From assembly GCA_019704295.1 (NCBI GenBank), contig AP024596.1:1984001-2048000 (forward strand): DNA of 64,000 bases. The letters are read 5' to 3'. A program made the position numbers and the translations under genes. The number at the start of each line of letters is the position of its first letter. Position 1 is the first letter of the stretch. Origin of the DNA: Sulfolobales archaeon HS-7 (lineage in GTDB: Archaea > Thermoproteota > Thermoprotei_A > Sulfolobales > Sulfolobaceae). Of the stretch, positions 20,769 to 31,315 are shown one piece after another. The notes under the pieces were generated by a model that was not told the origin of the DNA, made no database searches, and saw only the letters and a list, made by a program, of their open reading frames with translations.

Positions 20769-20826
20769 GTGTCAGCGTAACTCTGATTCATCATTTATCA
20801 TTTCAGTTCAGATTCATCATCATTTG
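20769..20826 (-). ncRNA. C/D box sRNA candidate; D guide probably targets 23S rRNA helix 69
   Basis: ATGATGA-tgaatctgaa-CTGA-aatgataa-ATGATGA-atcagagttacg-CTGA: four consensus boxes, 10- and 12-nt guides, intergenic. Confidence 0.8.
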
Positions 20827-20924
20827 AATTTTTTCCATATAGTAGATATTAAATGGAATATTAGTTAACCTTAACATAATGTCTCTTGATCAAAGTATTA
20901 AGTTTAATCATCTAAAACTTAATT

Positions 20925-22073
20925 ATGGATAGCTATAACGCAGTTATTTTACCCACTGAAATAAAGAGAGGTGAAGGTCCTCTATCGCATCTTACCTTTG
21001 CAGTAAAGGACGTTATACATATTAAAGGACTTAAGACCACAGCATGTTCGAGGATTTTATCAAATTATATAGCAAATTCAGATTCATACATTGTAGATTT
21101 AATTTTAAATAAAGGAGGAGAAATAATAGGCAAAACTAATACCCATGAATTTGCCATCGGAGCCACTAATACCTCATCAACTTTTGGCCCAGTTAAGAAC
21201 CCTAATGATGTGGAGAGAATCTCCGGAGGTTCGAGTGGTGGATCTGCAGTAGCTGTCAAAGCGAAAATCGCTGATGTAGGAATAGGGACAGATACTGGGG
21301 GTTCAGTGAGAATACCTTCAGCATTATGCGGAACAATAGGATTTAAGCCAACAACCGGTATTATACCTATACACGATATAATACCATTCAGTAGAACTCT
21401 TGATACTATAGGTTTCATCTCACGAGTATCTAGTGATATAAAAGTTGTTATTAGTAATATCGTTAAAGAAAACGTAAATTTCAGGAAGAAAAAAAGCGAG
21501 ACATTAAGGAAGTTAACAGTACTTCCAATGATGTTTGATTCCTCGAAAACTTCAGAAATTGTTCTCAAAAGGGCAAGTGAAATATTTAACATTATTGAAG
21601 AAAAAGTTATTCAAGAGGATATTCTAGTCTCATTAAGGAGAATAAGAAGGATTATTGCGTCATACGAAGGGGCGAAATTTCATGAGAGATGGCTAAAGAC
21701 TATGAGCGACAAATATTTCCCCGATGTAAGAGATGCTCTCCTAGATGGCCTGAATATAACACAGGAAGAGTACAATGCGACTTTTAGAGAGCTAGTTTAC
21801 TACAAGAAGATATTCGAAGGCGTTATGTCCAGTGTTGACTATATAATAAGTCCTACAGTTCCTATAACTGCTCCTAAAATAAGTGATGTTATAGGCCATG
21901 AAAAAGAATATAGACGCATTTTAGTTTCTAACACAGAAATAGCTAATATACTAGGTCTCCCGTCTATTTCTGTCCCGGTAGGTATACTCGACGGTTTACC
22001 AGTAGGATTAATGATTACAGGAAAGCAATTCAGCGACTTGGAGATCTTAGATATTGCTGTATTCTTAGAATAG
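20925..22073 (+). CDS. Amidase signature family protein
   Basis: FAVKD, GKTNTHEFA, GGSSGGS, GTDTGGSVRIP. Confidence 0.92.
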   Translation: MDSYNAVILPTEIKRGEGPLSHLTFAVKDVIHIKGLKTTACSRILSNYIANSDSYIVDLILNKGGEIIGKTNTHEFAIGATNTSSTFGPVKNPNDVERISGGSSGGSAVAVKAKIADVGIGTDTGGSVRIPSALCGTIGFKPTTGIIPIHDIIPFSRTLDTIGFISRVSSDIKVVISNIVKENVNFRKKKSETLRKLTVLPMMFDSSKTSEIVLKRASEIFNIIEEKVIQEDILVSLRRIRRIIASYEGAKFHERWLKTMSDKYFPDVRDALLDGLNITQEEYNATFRELVYYKKIFEGVMSSVDYIISPTVPITAPKISDVIGHEKEYRRILVSNTEIANILGLPSISVPVGILDGLPVGLMITGKQFSDLEILDIAVFLE

Positions 22074-22109
22074 AATAGTTATTTTATCTTTGCACCAGTA
22101 TAACTACCC

Positions 22110-22721
22110 ATGGCAGAATCGAACAGGATAAAATATCTTAAAGGGACAACAACAGTAGGTTTAAAGGTTAAAAAGGCGGTAATATTAGCAGCTGATAGAA
22201 GGGCGAGTGCAGGGAATTACGTAGCACATAAGTACGTAAGAAAAGTAGTATATATTACGGACAAAATAGGTATGACGACAGCAGGAGGAGTTGCAGATAT
22301 ACAGTTTCTCTATGATTATATGAAAAACATCTATCATTTCAACCAGATCTCTGGCATGCCTATAACAGTACGATCAATAGCAACCTACTTGGCTAACGTT
22401 CTTTCATTTTCAAAATATTTTCCTTATCTAGTTCAATTACTTATTGGGGGCTATGACCAGGAGGGACCCCATCTTTTTAACTTAGACTATCTCGGCGATT
22501 TTACGGAAGAGAAGTACGTGGCCACCGGTTCTGGCTCGCCAGTAGCTATGGGCGTTCTTGAGGATAATTACTCAGAAGAGTTAGAACCTGAGCAAGCTAT
22601 ACATGTTGCAAGAAGGGCAATAACGTCAGCAATAAAACGTGATTCGTATACAGGTACATCGGTCATTGTTGCAAGATTTAATGAAAACGGACACGAAGAG
22701 TTCGAGTTCCCAGTTAAGTAA
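22110..22721 (+). CDS. psmB: Proteasome subunit beta
   Basis: Propeptide then [26 protein letters not shown]. Confidence 0.96.
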   Translation: MAESNRIKYLKGTTTVGLKVKKAVILAADRRASAGNYVAHKYVRKVVYITDKIGMTTAGGVADIQFLYDYMKNIYHFNQISGMPITVRSIATYLANVLSFSKYFPYLVQLLIGGYDQEGPHLFNLDYLGDFTEEKYVATGSGSPVAMGVLEDNYSEELEPEQAIHVARRAITSAIKRDSYTGTSVIVARFNENGHEEFEFPVK

Positions 22722-22761
22722 GAGATAGCTATTTTTAACGTAATCAAACAAAGATATAAGC

Positions 22762-23211
22762 ATGAAAGTAGTACTGGACTCGTTTAAGGAAGGAGAGAGT
22801 ATACCTGTAAAATTTACTTGCGACGGTGAAAATCTATCTCCATCGATTAGATGGGAGACCATAAACGGAGCAAAAAGTTATGCTATTATAATGGAAGATC
22901 CTGATGCGCCAAGGAGGACGTTCGTACATTGGGTAATATATAATATAACTTCGAACAGTCTCCCAGAGGGAGTACCAAAAAGGGAAAAAACAGATTACGG
23001 ACTTCAGGGGGTTAACGACTTTAATGAGATAGGTTACGGTGGTCCATGTCCTCCTAGAACTCATCCTTATCATCGATATTACTTTAATGTATATGCGATC
23101 AATTCTATTTTCAATGAAAAAAGTGGTTTAACAGCGGAGGAGCTTAGGGAAATGATTATCAGTAAAATTATAGATTCTGGAAAATATATGGGAAAATATA
23201 AGAGGCTATAA
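22762..23211 (+). CDS. YbhB/YbcL (PEBP/Raf kinase inhibitor-like) protein
   Basis: DPDAP, FVHWVIYN, GYGGPCPP, HRYYF. Confidence 0.93.
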   Translation: MKVVLDSFKEGESIPVKFTCDGENLSPSIRWETINGAKSYAIIMEDPDAPRRTFVHWVIYNITSNSLPEGVPKREKTDYGLQGVNDFNEIGYGGPCPPRTHPYHRYYFNVYAINSIFNEKSGLTAEELREMIISKIIDSGKYMGKYKRL

Positions 23212-23213
23212 AA

Positions 23214-24188
23214 TTGGCCGAGGCACTCTGGGCCGAAAAGTACCGCCCTAGGACTCTTTCAGAAATAGTGAATCAGAAAGATATAGTAAATAGATTAATG
23301 AAATTCGTTGAAGAAAAAAACATGCCTCACCTGTTGTTCGCAGGTTCTCCCGGCACTGGCAAGACAACTGCTGCTCTAGCTTTAGTTAGAGATCTTTACG
23401 GTGATAATTACGAGCAGTTCTTTTTGGAATTAAACGCAAGTGATGAGAGAGGAATCGATGTAATTAGGAACAAGGTAAAGGAGTTCGCTAGAATCTCAGT
23501 ACAGGGTGACGTTAAGTTTAAGGTAATTTTACTTGATGAAGCAGATAATATGACTTCTGACGCACAACAGGCTTTAAGGCGAATTATGGAAGTATACACA
23601 TCTGCAACTAGATTTATATTAGCGTGTAATTATCTAAGTAAGATAATTGAGCCAATTCAGTCTAGGACAGCATTATTCAGATTTTATCCATTAAAAAAGG
23701 AGGACGTAATTACTAGACTTAAATATATTGCAGAGGAAGAAGGGGTTTCCTATGACGAGAAAGGTCTTGATACAATATATGAAGTGGTCTCGGGGGATAT
23801 GCGAAGGGCAATAAACCTTTTACAGGCTTCCTCCTCGTACGGAAAAGTTACCCAAGAATCCGTATTTAAAGTTCTTGGTATGACGAAACCAAAGGAAGTA
23901 CAAGATATGGTGAAATCGGCACTAAAAGGAGATTTCGCCAAGGCTAGGGAGTCGTTAAGAGTTTTATTAGTAAATGAAGGTCTTAGTGGCGAGGATATAA
24001 TAAAGCAGATGCACCGAATAATATTCTCAAATGATATGGATATGCCTGAAGAGCTAAGGGTTATAATTGCCGATTATCTCGGAGAGGCCGAGTTTAGACT
24101 AACTGAAGGCGCAGATGATGAGATTCAACTATCCGCGATCTTGGCACGAATTGTTCTTCTTGGGGAGAAATATATAGGGAATAAGTAA
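23214..24188 (+). CDS. rfcS: Replication factor C small subunit
   Basis: WAEKYRP, GSPGTGKT, ELNASDERG, LDEAD. Confidence 0.96.
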   Translation: MAEALWAEKYRPRTLSEIVNQKDIVNRLMKFVEEKNMPHLLFAGSPGTGKTTAALALVRDLYGDNYEQFFLELNASDERGIDVIRNKVKEFARISVQGDVKFKVILLDEADNMTSDAQQALRRIMEVYTSATRFILACNYLSKIIEPIQSRTALFRFYPLKKEDVITRLKYIAEEEGVSYDEKGLDTIYEVVSGDMRRAINLLQASSSYGKVTQESVFKVLGMTKPKEVQDMVKSALKGDFAKARESLRVLLVNEGLSGEDIIKQMHRIIFSNDMDMPEELRVIIADYLGEAEFRLTEGADDEIQLSAILARIVLLGEKYIGNK

Positions 24189-25348
24189 TGAGTTGGTTTA
24201 TAAAATACAGACCTAAGAGCTTAAGTGAAGTTGAAAATCAGGATCAAGTTAAGGAGGAACTTAAACGATGGATAGATTCATGGTTAAAAGGAAAACCGAC
24301 TAATAAGGCTGTTCTACTTTATGGGAGACCAGGAAGCGGAAAAACTACACTAGCCTATGCTATTGCAAGGGATAATAACTTCGAAATATTAGAAACTAAT
24401 GCGAGTGACACGAGGAATTTAGGTAATATAAGGAGAATAGTTGAGGTAGGAATGCAACAGAGCTCCCTCTTCGGAAAATCTAAACTGATTCTGCTTGATG
24501 AGGTTGATGGTATAAATAGAAAGAGTGACGAAGGGGCAATTCAAGGCATCTTAGATATTATTTCGGAAACGAAATACCCTATAATAATGACAGCTAACGA
24601 CCCATGGGATCCTAAGTTAAAAGAACTTAGAGAAAGCGCAAAATTAATTGAAGTTCCCAAGCTTGGAAAAATAGCAATGAGAAAAATATTGAAAAAAATC
24701 TGTGAGAAGGAAAAAATCAAATGTCATGACGACGCAATTAACATTATAGTAGATATAGCAGATGGAGATGCAAGATTTGCCATTAATTCTTTAGAATCTG
24801 TAGCGACGACCTATTCTGAAGTAGCTGTAAATCTAGTAGAAGGCATACTACGGCGAAAAGAGGCACAATACGATCCTTTTGAAACCCTTAGAAAAACTTT
24901 TTGGGCAAAGTACGGATGGCAGGCAAAAGACGCTGTAACAAATTCAGAAGTTGATTATGAACTTCTTATGCGTTGGTTTGATGAAAATATACCAATACAG
25001 TATGAGGATACTAAGAGTATGACACTTGCTTTTGAAAGCTTAAGTAGGGCGTCGATATTCTTAAGTAGGGCTAAAAAGGGTAATTGGGATCAATTATCTT
25101 ATCTGTTCGATATGATGGGTCCGGGAGTAAGTATGGCCGATAGAACTAAGGCATTACCTACATGGAAGGCAAAGTGGAAGACATTTAAGTTTCCATCTTA
25201 CATTCAGATGCTAGCCAGAAGTAAACAGATAAGAAGGGAAAAGCAGGAGTATGTGGAGGAAATCGCAAAAGCCTCTCATTGTTCTTATGATAAGGCGTTG
25301 TCTGAGATTTACCCTTTCATAGAAGTAATAGATAAAAAGAAGAAATAG
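24188..25348 (+). CDS. rfcL: Replication factor C large subunit
   Basis: WFIKYRP, GRPGSGKT, ETNASD, DEVDG; 1-nt overlap with rfcS. Confidence 0.94.
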   Translation: MSWFIKYRPKSLSEVENQDQVKEELKRWIDSWLKGKPTNKAVLLYGRPGSGKTTLAYAIARDNNFEILETNASDTRNLGNIRRIVEVGMQQSSLFGKSKLILLDEVDGINRKSDEGAIQGILDIISETKYPIIMTANDPWDPKLKELRESAKLIEVPKLGKIAMRKILKKICEKEKIKCHDDAINIIVDIADGDARFAINSLESVATTYSEVAVNLVEGILRRKEAQYDPFETLRKTFWAKYGWQAKDAVTNSEVDYELLMRWFDENIPIQYEDTKSMTLAFESLSRASIFLSRAKKGNWDQLSYLFDMMGPGVSMADRTKALPTWKAKWKTFKFPSYIQMLARSKQIRREKQEYVEEIAKASHCSYDKALSEIYPFIEVIDKKKK

Positions 25349-25789
25349 CTAACCTTTTGTTTTACGTAAAACTTTAATCTCTTTAATACATGTGTTAGGA
25401 TATTGACCTTCTTCGTCCTTCTCATATTTTTTCACCATATCCCATATCGTAAGTAGCGCAGAGGCTGCTGCAACAAGGGCTTCCATTTCGACCCCAGTTT
25501 TATAGTTTGCCTTAACATGAGTTTTCACTACTATTTCATCACCATTGACTTCAATATCCACCTTAACGTTTTCCAATGGAATTTGATGACACATAGGAAT
25601 TATGTTGGCAGTCTGTTTTGCTGCAATTATTGCAGAGGTTTTAGCAACGGTTATAACATCACCCTTTTCTATTTGTCCCTTATTGATAAGATCTATTGTA
25701 GCTCGGTTAAGTTTGATTCTTCCCTCGGCTTCGGCTTCCCTAGTATTTACCTCTTTATTAGATATGTCTACCATGTTTACTTCGCTCAT
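25349..25789 (-). CDS. moaC: Cyclic pyranopterin monophosphate synthase MoaC
   Basis: MVDIS.K, IPMCHQI, TGVEMEAL, WDMVK. Confidence 0.96.
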   Translation of the reverse strand: MSEVNMVDISNKEVNTREAEAEGRIKLNRATIDLINKGQIEKGDVITVAKTSAIIAAKQTANIIPMCHQIPLENVKVDIEVNGDEIVVKTHVKANYKTGVEMEALVAAASALLTIWDMVKKYEKDEEGQYPNTCIKEIKVLRKTKG

Positions 25790-25995
25790 ATCTCATCTAA
25801 TAAGTCGAGTAAGTTCTTAAGAATAATAATCTTTTCAGAAGTATAATTAACTCGTACTACTATAACTTTACCAAGGACGTCAATTTCTACATATCCCTTA
25901 TTGGAAAGCTCCTCAACTTCCTTTTTGACTATGCTATATCTTATTCCTGACAACTTGGCTAACTTGGTAATATTCATATCGCCATACTTAAACAA
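25786..25995 (-). CDS. Small winged-HTH protein (start uncertain)
   Basis: MNITKLAKLSGIRYSIVKKEVEELSNKGYVE wHTH pattern, between cdc6 and moaC. Confidence 0.7.
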   Translation of the reverse strand: MFKYGDMNITKLAKLSGIRYSIVKKEVEELSNKGYVEIDVLGKVIVVRVNYTSEKIIILKNLLDLLDEI

Positions 25996-26036
25996 AATCG
26001 ATAATATTTGTATTTTACGTTGACTGTTAACAGTTT

Positions 26037-27281
26037 TTAGGATAATAATCTCACCTTGATCTGATGATCTATCATTTCCTCGAACTCTACTGAGGAAGGT
26101 ACTTTGAGTGCTATAAGAGTAGTCCTTCCCCGCATACCCTTTCCGCTTTGAGATGTATCAATTACGCCCATAAGTTTAAGTCGTCGTATATTCTCATATA
26201 CCTGTGTATGCCTCCTGTTTTCTTCTCCTACTTCTTTGCATATCTCGGCATACTTATCCTCGACCGATCCCATAGTTAAGTAACCACTGCCACCCTCTTT
26301 ATAGAGGACAAGAATAGCTTTCAAGAGAAGTAGCTGATGAAGTTCGAGATTCTCCATATCTTCAAGAATATACGTCATATCTGGACTCACTCGCGCATTT
26401 GCTTCCTTAATATACTCTACCGTAACTACGTCACTTTGATTTTTATCCGCCATTTCACCAGCCGCCTCTAAAACCTCGATCGCTATTCTGGCGTTTCCAC
26501 TTCCACCCTTATCTATCCCATGATAGTCGCTCACAAATCTCACTCCCTCATCTAGTACAGTTCCAGGGTAGAAGGCATCCTTAATCCTCTCGCTAAGTAT
26601 GTCTAGTAACTGGTATGATGTGTACGGCTTAAATTCTATACTAGTTCTTACTATGTGGGAATATACGGATTTGTCAAGTAGGTTAAGACTATTTTTATCT
26701 CTAATAATGAAGATATAATTTATTCTCTTCTTGACTACGTTAAGTTCGTCATAGATTCTCGCGAGAAAGTATATTTCTTCCTGAGACGCCGTATTTATAA
26801 AGTAGTCAAATTCGTCAAGACCTATAACAGCATACACGTCTCTTTTATCAAAAAACGAATGAATAGAGTGAAGAAGTTCTTGCGATGAGAAACCCCTGCT
26901 TGGAAGTGGCAGATGTAATTGGTTCGCCATCTCATTAACTAAGAGATATAACGTTCTATATTTATGACAATTAAGGTGTAAATATTCAACTCTTATTCCC
27001 TTTTCTCTTGCTAACTCCTTAAAATCTTTTCCAAAGGCACGTGAGGTTGCAGTTTTACCAACGCCCCCAGGTCCAACTATAACTGTTCTTATTGACGCCT
27101 CTCCAGGAGAAGTTATTAAGGATCTGAAGGATACGCCAAGCTCTCTTATTTTTTCCTCTCTATGAGGAAGGGATTGCGGTATAAACTCTGGTGAAAGGAC
27201 GCCCCTATTTTTAAATACAGATTTTCCGCCTATCACAGAATTCAAAAGATCCCTTGAATTCACTTTCACTCTAAGTATCAT
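26037..27281 (-). CDS. cdc6: Orc1/Cdc6 replication initiator (Cdc6-2/Orc1-2 type by context)
   Basis: LPHREE, GPGGVGKT, LDEFD, GNAR, C-terminal wH G.RGRT; rfc-moaC-cdc6-gins-mcm synteny. Confidence 0.93.
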   Translation of the reverse strand: MILRVKVNSRDLLNSVIGGKSVFKNRGVLSPEFIPQSLPHREEKIRELGVSFRSLITSPGEASIRTVIVGPGGVGKTATSRAFGKDFKELAREKGIRVEYLHLNCHKYRTLYLLVNEMANQLHLPLPSRGFSSQELLHSIHSFFDKRDVYAVIGLDEFDYFINTASQEEIYFLARIYDELNVVKKRINYIFIIRDKNSLNLLDKSVYSHIVRTSIEFKPYTSYQLLDILSERIKDAFYPGTVLDEGVRFVSDYHGIDKGGSGNARIAIEVLEAAGEMADKNQSDVVTVEYIKEANARVSPDMTYILEDMENLELHQLLLLKAILVLYKEGGSGYLTMGSVEDKYAEICKEVGEENRRHTQVYENIRRLKLMGVIDTSQSGKGMRGRTTLIALKVPSSVEFEEMIDHQIKVRLLS

Positions 27282-27293
27282 AGTGAATAAAAA

Positions 27294-27800
27294 CTATATA
27301 TGTGGTTTGGTAGGGTAGGCCGAAACTTTTTCTCTATCCCTAGGAAGAAGTGATAATACGGCGTAATTATTTACGAGATTAATATGAAGTATAGCATCTG
27401 GATCTTTAAACTCTACAGTAACTTTTCCCTGCATTCTAATTCCAATCGAAATCTCTATCTCTCTACAGTTATACGGCGAACCCCTATTTTGGCAGTTCAC
27501 AAAAAAAGATCTTATTCGTTTTGAAAGAATAATTGATTCCGCAATATCGACTATCTGTTCTTTGTTTAAGTCACATACCACGTGAGCAGGGAATACTTTT
27601 ATTATGTAAGTTGGAGGATATGTTAAGAGTAATGAGAAAACTGCGTTACTTTCTAACTTAGAGAATACTGCGACTACATTTTTTTTGATTTCGAATGCGG
27701 TTGCAGAAGGGTCCCTAATTTTCAGTAAATTCTCAACATCTTCTGCACATCTGCTTCCTCTATTATTTTTTGTAGTCAAAATGGCTCTAAGGGATTCCAC
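27294..27800 (-). CDS. THUMP domain protein
   Basis: SFFVNCQNRG..EIEISIG..V.FKDPD..LHIN pattern. Confidence 0.75.
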   Translation of the reverse strand: MESLRAILTTKNNRGSRCAEDVENLLKIRDPSATAFEIKKNVVAVFSKLESNAVFSLLLTYPPTYIIKVFPAHVVCDLNKEQIVDIAESIILSKRIRSFFVNCQNRGSPYNCREIEISIGIRMQGKVTVEFKDPDAILHINLVNNYAVLSLLPRDREKVSAYPTKPHI

Positions 27801-27834
27801 GTTTTTAACTATTTACTTCTAAGATAATAATAAT

Positions 27835-28323
27835 GTGGTGCCAAGGAAGGTTTATGAATCAATTTCAAGGATAAAGAGAGTTAAAGTTAAGGCTATAGCT
27901 GAAGCAAGAATAGGTAATATTATAAAGTTTAACAAAGATGACGAAATAGAACTGCCTTTTTGGATGGCTGAGGAACTTGAGAGGAATGGACTTGTAAAAA
28001 TAAAGGATATAGATATAGATGAACTAGGAAAAATATTATTTCAGGAAAGACAATCAATGAATAGGCCAGCTGAACTTTACCCATTACCGAAAAATTTTTA
28101 CCTTGAGATACATAAAATGATTGATAATAGAGTAAATAGCGCAGATAAAGATAAAAAAAAGCTTGACATAATGAAACAAATAGTAGATATACGGAAACGA
28201 AAACTAACGCAACTCGCCTCACTAAACCCGCTAGATCAAAGGATAATTAACAATATAACAGAAGAAGAGTACTATGTAGTAACAAGATTGTCAGAAATTC
28301 TACAATTAATGTGGTTGCCATGA
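27835..28323 (+). CDS. gins23: GINS23 subunit
   Basis: ELPFWMAEEL B-domain, LPKNFY, R.RKL; directly upstream of mcm. Confidence 0.88.
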   Translation: MVPRKVYESISRIKRVKVKAIAEARIGNIIKFNKDDEIELPFWMAEELERNGLVKIKDIDIDELGKILFQERQSMNRPAELYPLPKNFYLEIHKMIDNRVNSADKDKKKLDIMKQIVDIRKRKLTQLASLNPLDQRIINNITEEEYYVVTRLSEILQLMWLP

Positions 28324-30365
28324 TTTCGCTTGACATAGGGAGTTTATTCCTCTCGTTTATAAATGATTTCAACGATGAAAAGGGACGGAATAAGTACAAT
28401 GATTACGTTGAGGAAATGCTCATTCTTAGGAAGAAAAGTTTCTATTTAGATTTTAAGGATGTGATAACATTCAGTATAGATTTGGCTGATGAAATAATTA
28501 AGGAACCCTTAAAGGTATTACCAATAATGGAAAACTCGCTTTATAATCTGTTAAGAGAGAAAGATCCAGACTACGAGAAGGAAATCAAAAGAGTTCACAT
28601 AAGGGTCATAAACCTACCAAGGTCATACAGCTTAAGGGAAATAAGAAGTGAATTAGTCGGAAAATTAATCACCATTGAGGGAATACTCGTTAAATCTACG
28701 CCGTTAAAAGAGCGTGTAGTAAAGGCGTGGTTTAAACATGAAGAGTGCGGTGCTGAATTCTCGTATCCTGAATCAGAAGAAATGGGGGAAATAATAGAAA
28801 TACCGCAACAGTGTCCACGATGTAGAAAAGGGGGAAGAATGAAACTAATTGAGGAAAAGACTATATTGGTTGACTGGCAAAAGGCTATTTTGCAGGAAAG
28901 ACCTGAAGAGATTCCAGCAGGTCAATTGCCTAGACAACTTGAAATAATATTCGAAGATGATCTTATTGATACAACAAGGCCAGGAGATAGAGTGAAAATT
29001 GTAGGAGTATTACAGGTGAGATATGACAACCTTTTCAGAAGAGGTACACGAAGCGTTTTTGATCTATACCTTACGGTGAACTCGATTGAGGTCTCGCAGA
29101 AGGTTTTAGATGAGGTTACTCTTTCGGAGGAAGACGAAAGAGAAATCCTTAGAATAGGTAGAGATCCGTGGATTCACGAAAGAATAATTACTTCTATTGC
29201 GCCTTCAATTTTCGGTCATTATGAAATAAAAGAGGCAATAGCATTAGCCCTATTTGGTGGCGAACCTAAAAAGTTACCAGATGACACAAGAATTAGAGGA
29301 GATATTCATATACTAATTATTGGGGATCCTGGTACTGCTAAATCGCAAATGCTTCAATTCGCTTCACGAATAGCACCTAGATCTGTTTATACTACTGGTA
29401 AAGGCTCTACTGCAGCCGGTTTAACAGCAGCTGTAGTAAGGGAGAAAAATTCGGGAGATTTTTACCTAGAGGCGGGAGCTATGGTATTAGCAGACGGGGG
29501 GGTAGCAGTAATAGACGAAATAGATAAAATGAGGGAGGAGGATAGAGTTGCAATTCATGAAGCGATGGAACAACAGACTGTATCCATAGCTAAGGCAGGA
29601 ATAGTAGCTAAATTAAATGCAAGGGCTTCAGTTATAGCTGCAGGAAATCCAAAATTCGGGCGATATATAAAAGAAAGGGGAATTGCAGATAACATCAATT
29701 TACCAATAACTATTCTTTCGCGATTTGATCTAATATTTATTTTGAAAGATACACCAGGTCCAGAAGATGCGAGACTTGCATCACATATTTTAGACATACA
29801 CTCTGAAACGAAGGTTCCTGGAACTATACCTCCAGAATTTCTTAAGAAATATATAGCCTATGCAAAGAAGAATGTCCATCCAAAGCTTACCGCGGAATCT
29901 ATTAGGATCTTAAGGGATTTCTTCGTCGAAATGAGGGATAAAGGAGGAAAAAGTCAGGACTCTCCAATAGCAATAACTGCAAGACAACTTGAGGCACTGA
30001 TTAGAATATCTGAGGCTTATGCAAGAATGTCATTAAGAAATCAAATAACTGAGGATGACGTAGAAAGAGCTATAAATATCTTTAGGATATTTCTGGAAAA
30101 CGTTGGAGTGGACTTTGAATCGAGAAAAATAGATATAGATGTTATAATGACAGGAAGACCGAAATCTACCGTCGATAAAATGGTAAAAATCTTGGAAGTT
30201 ATCGAGGGGTTATCTGGACAAGAGGGATGCGCAAAGATTAAAGACATAGAGGAAGAGGCAAAAAATTTTGGGATAGACAAGAATTCGACGAATAGAGTTA
30301 TTTCAGAACTGAAAAAAAGTGGGGAAATATTCGAAAAAAGTAGCGACTGCTTTAGGAAAGCCTAA
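28311..30365 (+). CDS. mcm: Replicative helicase MCM (likely ATG at 28320)
   Basis: H..C/CPRC Zn finger, GDPGTAKSQ, IDEIDKM, SRFD; no intein. Confidence 0.97.
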   Translation: MVAMISLDIGSLFLSFINDFNDEKGRNKYNDYVEEMLILRKKSFYLDFKDVITFSIDLADEIIKEPLKVLPIMENSLYNLLREKDPDYEKEIKRVHIRVINLPRSYSLREIRSELVGKLITIEGILVKSTPLKERVVKAWFKHEECGAEFSYPESEEMGEIIEIPQQCPRCRKGGRMKLIEEKTILVDWQKAILQERPEEIPAGQLPRQLEIIFEDDLIDTTRPGDRVKIVGVLQVRYDNLFRRGTRSVFDLYLTVNSIEVSQKVLDEVTLSEEDEREILRIGRDPWIHERIITSIAPSIFGHYEIKEAIALALFGGEPKKLPDDTRIRGDIHILIIGDPGTAKSQMLQFASRIAPRSVYTTGKGSTAAGLTAAVVREKNSGDFYLEAGAMVLADGGVAVIDEIDKMREEDRVAIHEAMEQQTVSIAKAGIVAKLNARASVIAAGNPKFGRYIKERGIADNINLPITILSRFDLIFILKDTPGPEDARLASHILDIHSETKVPGTIPPEFLKKYIAYAKKNVHPKLTAESIRILRDFFVEMRDKGGKSQDSPIAITARQLEALIRISEAYARMSLRNQITEDDVERAINIFRIFLENVGVDFESRKIDIDVIMTGRPKSTVDKMVKILEVIEGLSGQEGCAKIKDIEEEAKNFGIDKNSTNRVISELKKSGEIFEKSSDCFRKA

Positions 30366-30505
30366 TCGAAATTTTATTCAATTTGCATTACACATAAGAG
30401 AGCAATGCTCACGGTTACTCACTACCACTGAGTTATTTATACTACTATGAGAGATTAATACTATATAGAAGATCATAGAGATTTATGAGATAATATGTAC
30501 CAAAT

Positions 30506-30668
30506 GGGCCGTTCATGCTTTTATTGCGAATTTAGTTTATTTAGCAAAATCAACTGAATTTAATTGAATACCATCGTATGGACTAGGTAGGGATTTATAC
30601 TTAGCAGTTTCCTGTATTTAATCTATCTTTGCTATAATTTCAATTCACAATGGAAACCTGAATCACCC
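30506..30668 (+). mobile_element. SM4-like MITE, 163 bp
   Basis: Imperfect TIR GGGCCGTTCA/TGAATCACCC; flanks TACCAAAT/CACCGAAT (decayed 8-bp TSD). Confidence 0.82.
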
Positions 30669-30778
30669 CACCGAATTTAGTTTAAATTCTATCATGATTA
30701 TAAGAATTTTATACAGTTAATAGACCAAATACACGACTAGCTTAATTATCCCAATATAGATGAAAACAAGGGCTAACC

Positions 30779-31315
30779 ATTAAATTATATTGTCTCTCAG
30801 GGATGCCTGGATCAGGAAAGACTCTAGTTGCTAAAACATTCAGAGCTGAAGGATTCTACGTAATATCTATGGGAGACATACTTAGACAAGATTTCGAAAA
30901 GAATAAAATGCCTAATGAATCACTGATGGAATATGCAATAAGGATACGGAAAGAAAAAGGCGACGAAATAATAGCTAAACTCACTTCTATCGAAATTGAA
31001 AAGGTAAATCAAATGAAGGTCCTTATTGACGGGGTGAGAAGTATGAAAGAAGTTAATGTATTTCAACAAGCCGGTTCGGTTGAAATTATCGCGGTGCATT
31101 CTCCTCCACGTTTAAGATACCAAAGAATTCTACAAAGAGCAAGAGAGGATGATACTCTTTCCGAAATATGGCTAAGAGAAAGGGATCTAGCTGAGCTTTC
31201 TCTAGGAATAGGGGAAGTTATTGCACTAGCGGACTACATGATACTAAATGATAGTGACATGGAAACTTTAAAACAAAATGTGCTTAGACTCGTTATGGCG
31301 TTAAAAAGTGACTAA
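30779..31315 (+). CDS. Archaeal P-loop kinase (dephospho-CoA kinase-like, UPF0200); probable ATT start, track start 30803 cuts the Walker A
   Basis: (I)KLYCLSGMPGSGKT, SMGD, IDGVRS, R.R.DD, GIGEVIALAD. Confidence 0.85.
   Translation: MKLYCLSGMPGSGKTLVAKTFRAEGFYVISMGDILRQDFEKNKMPNESLMEYAIRIRKEKGDEIIAKLTSIEIEKVNQMKVLIDGVRSMKEVNVFQQAGSVEIIAVHSPPRLRYQRILQRAREDDTLSEIWLRERDLAELSLGIGEVIALADYMILNDSDMETLKQNVLRLVMALKSD

Noticed and set aside
26037-27834. Replication origin next to cdc6
   Set aside because: Flanking intergenic gaps are only tens of bases with no ORB repeats; the Orc1-2 type gene is not origin-adjacent in Sulfolobales.
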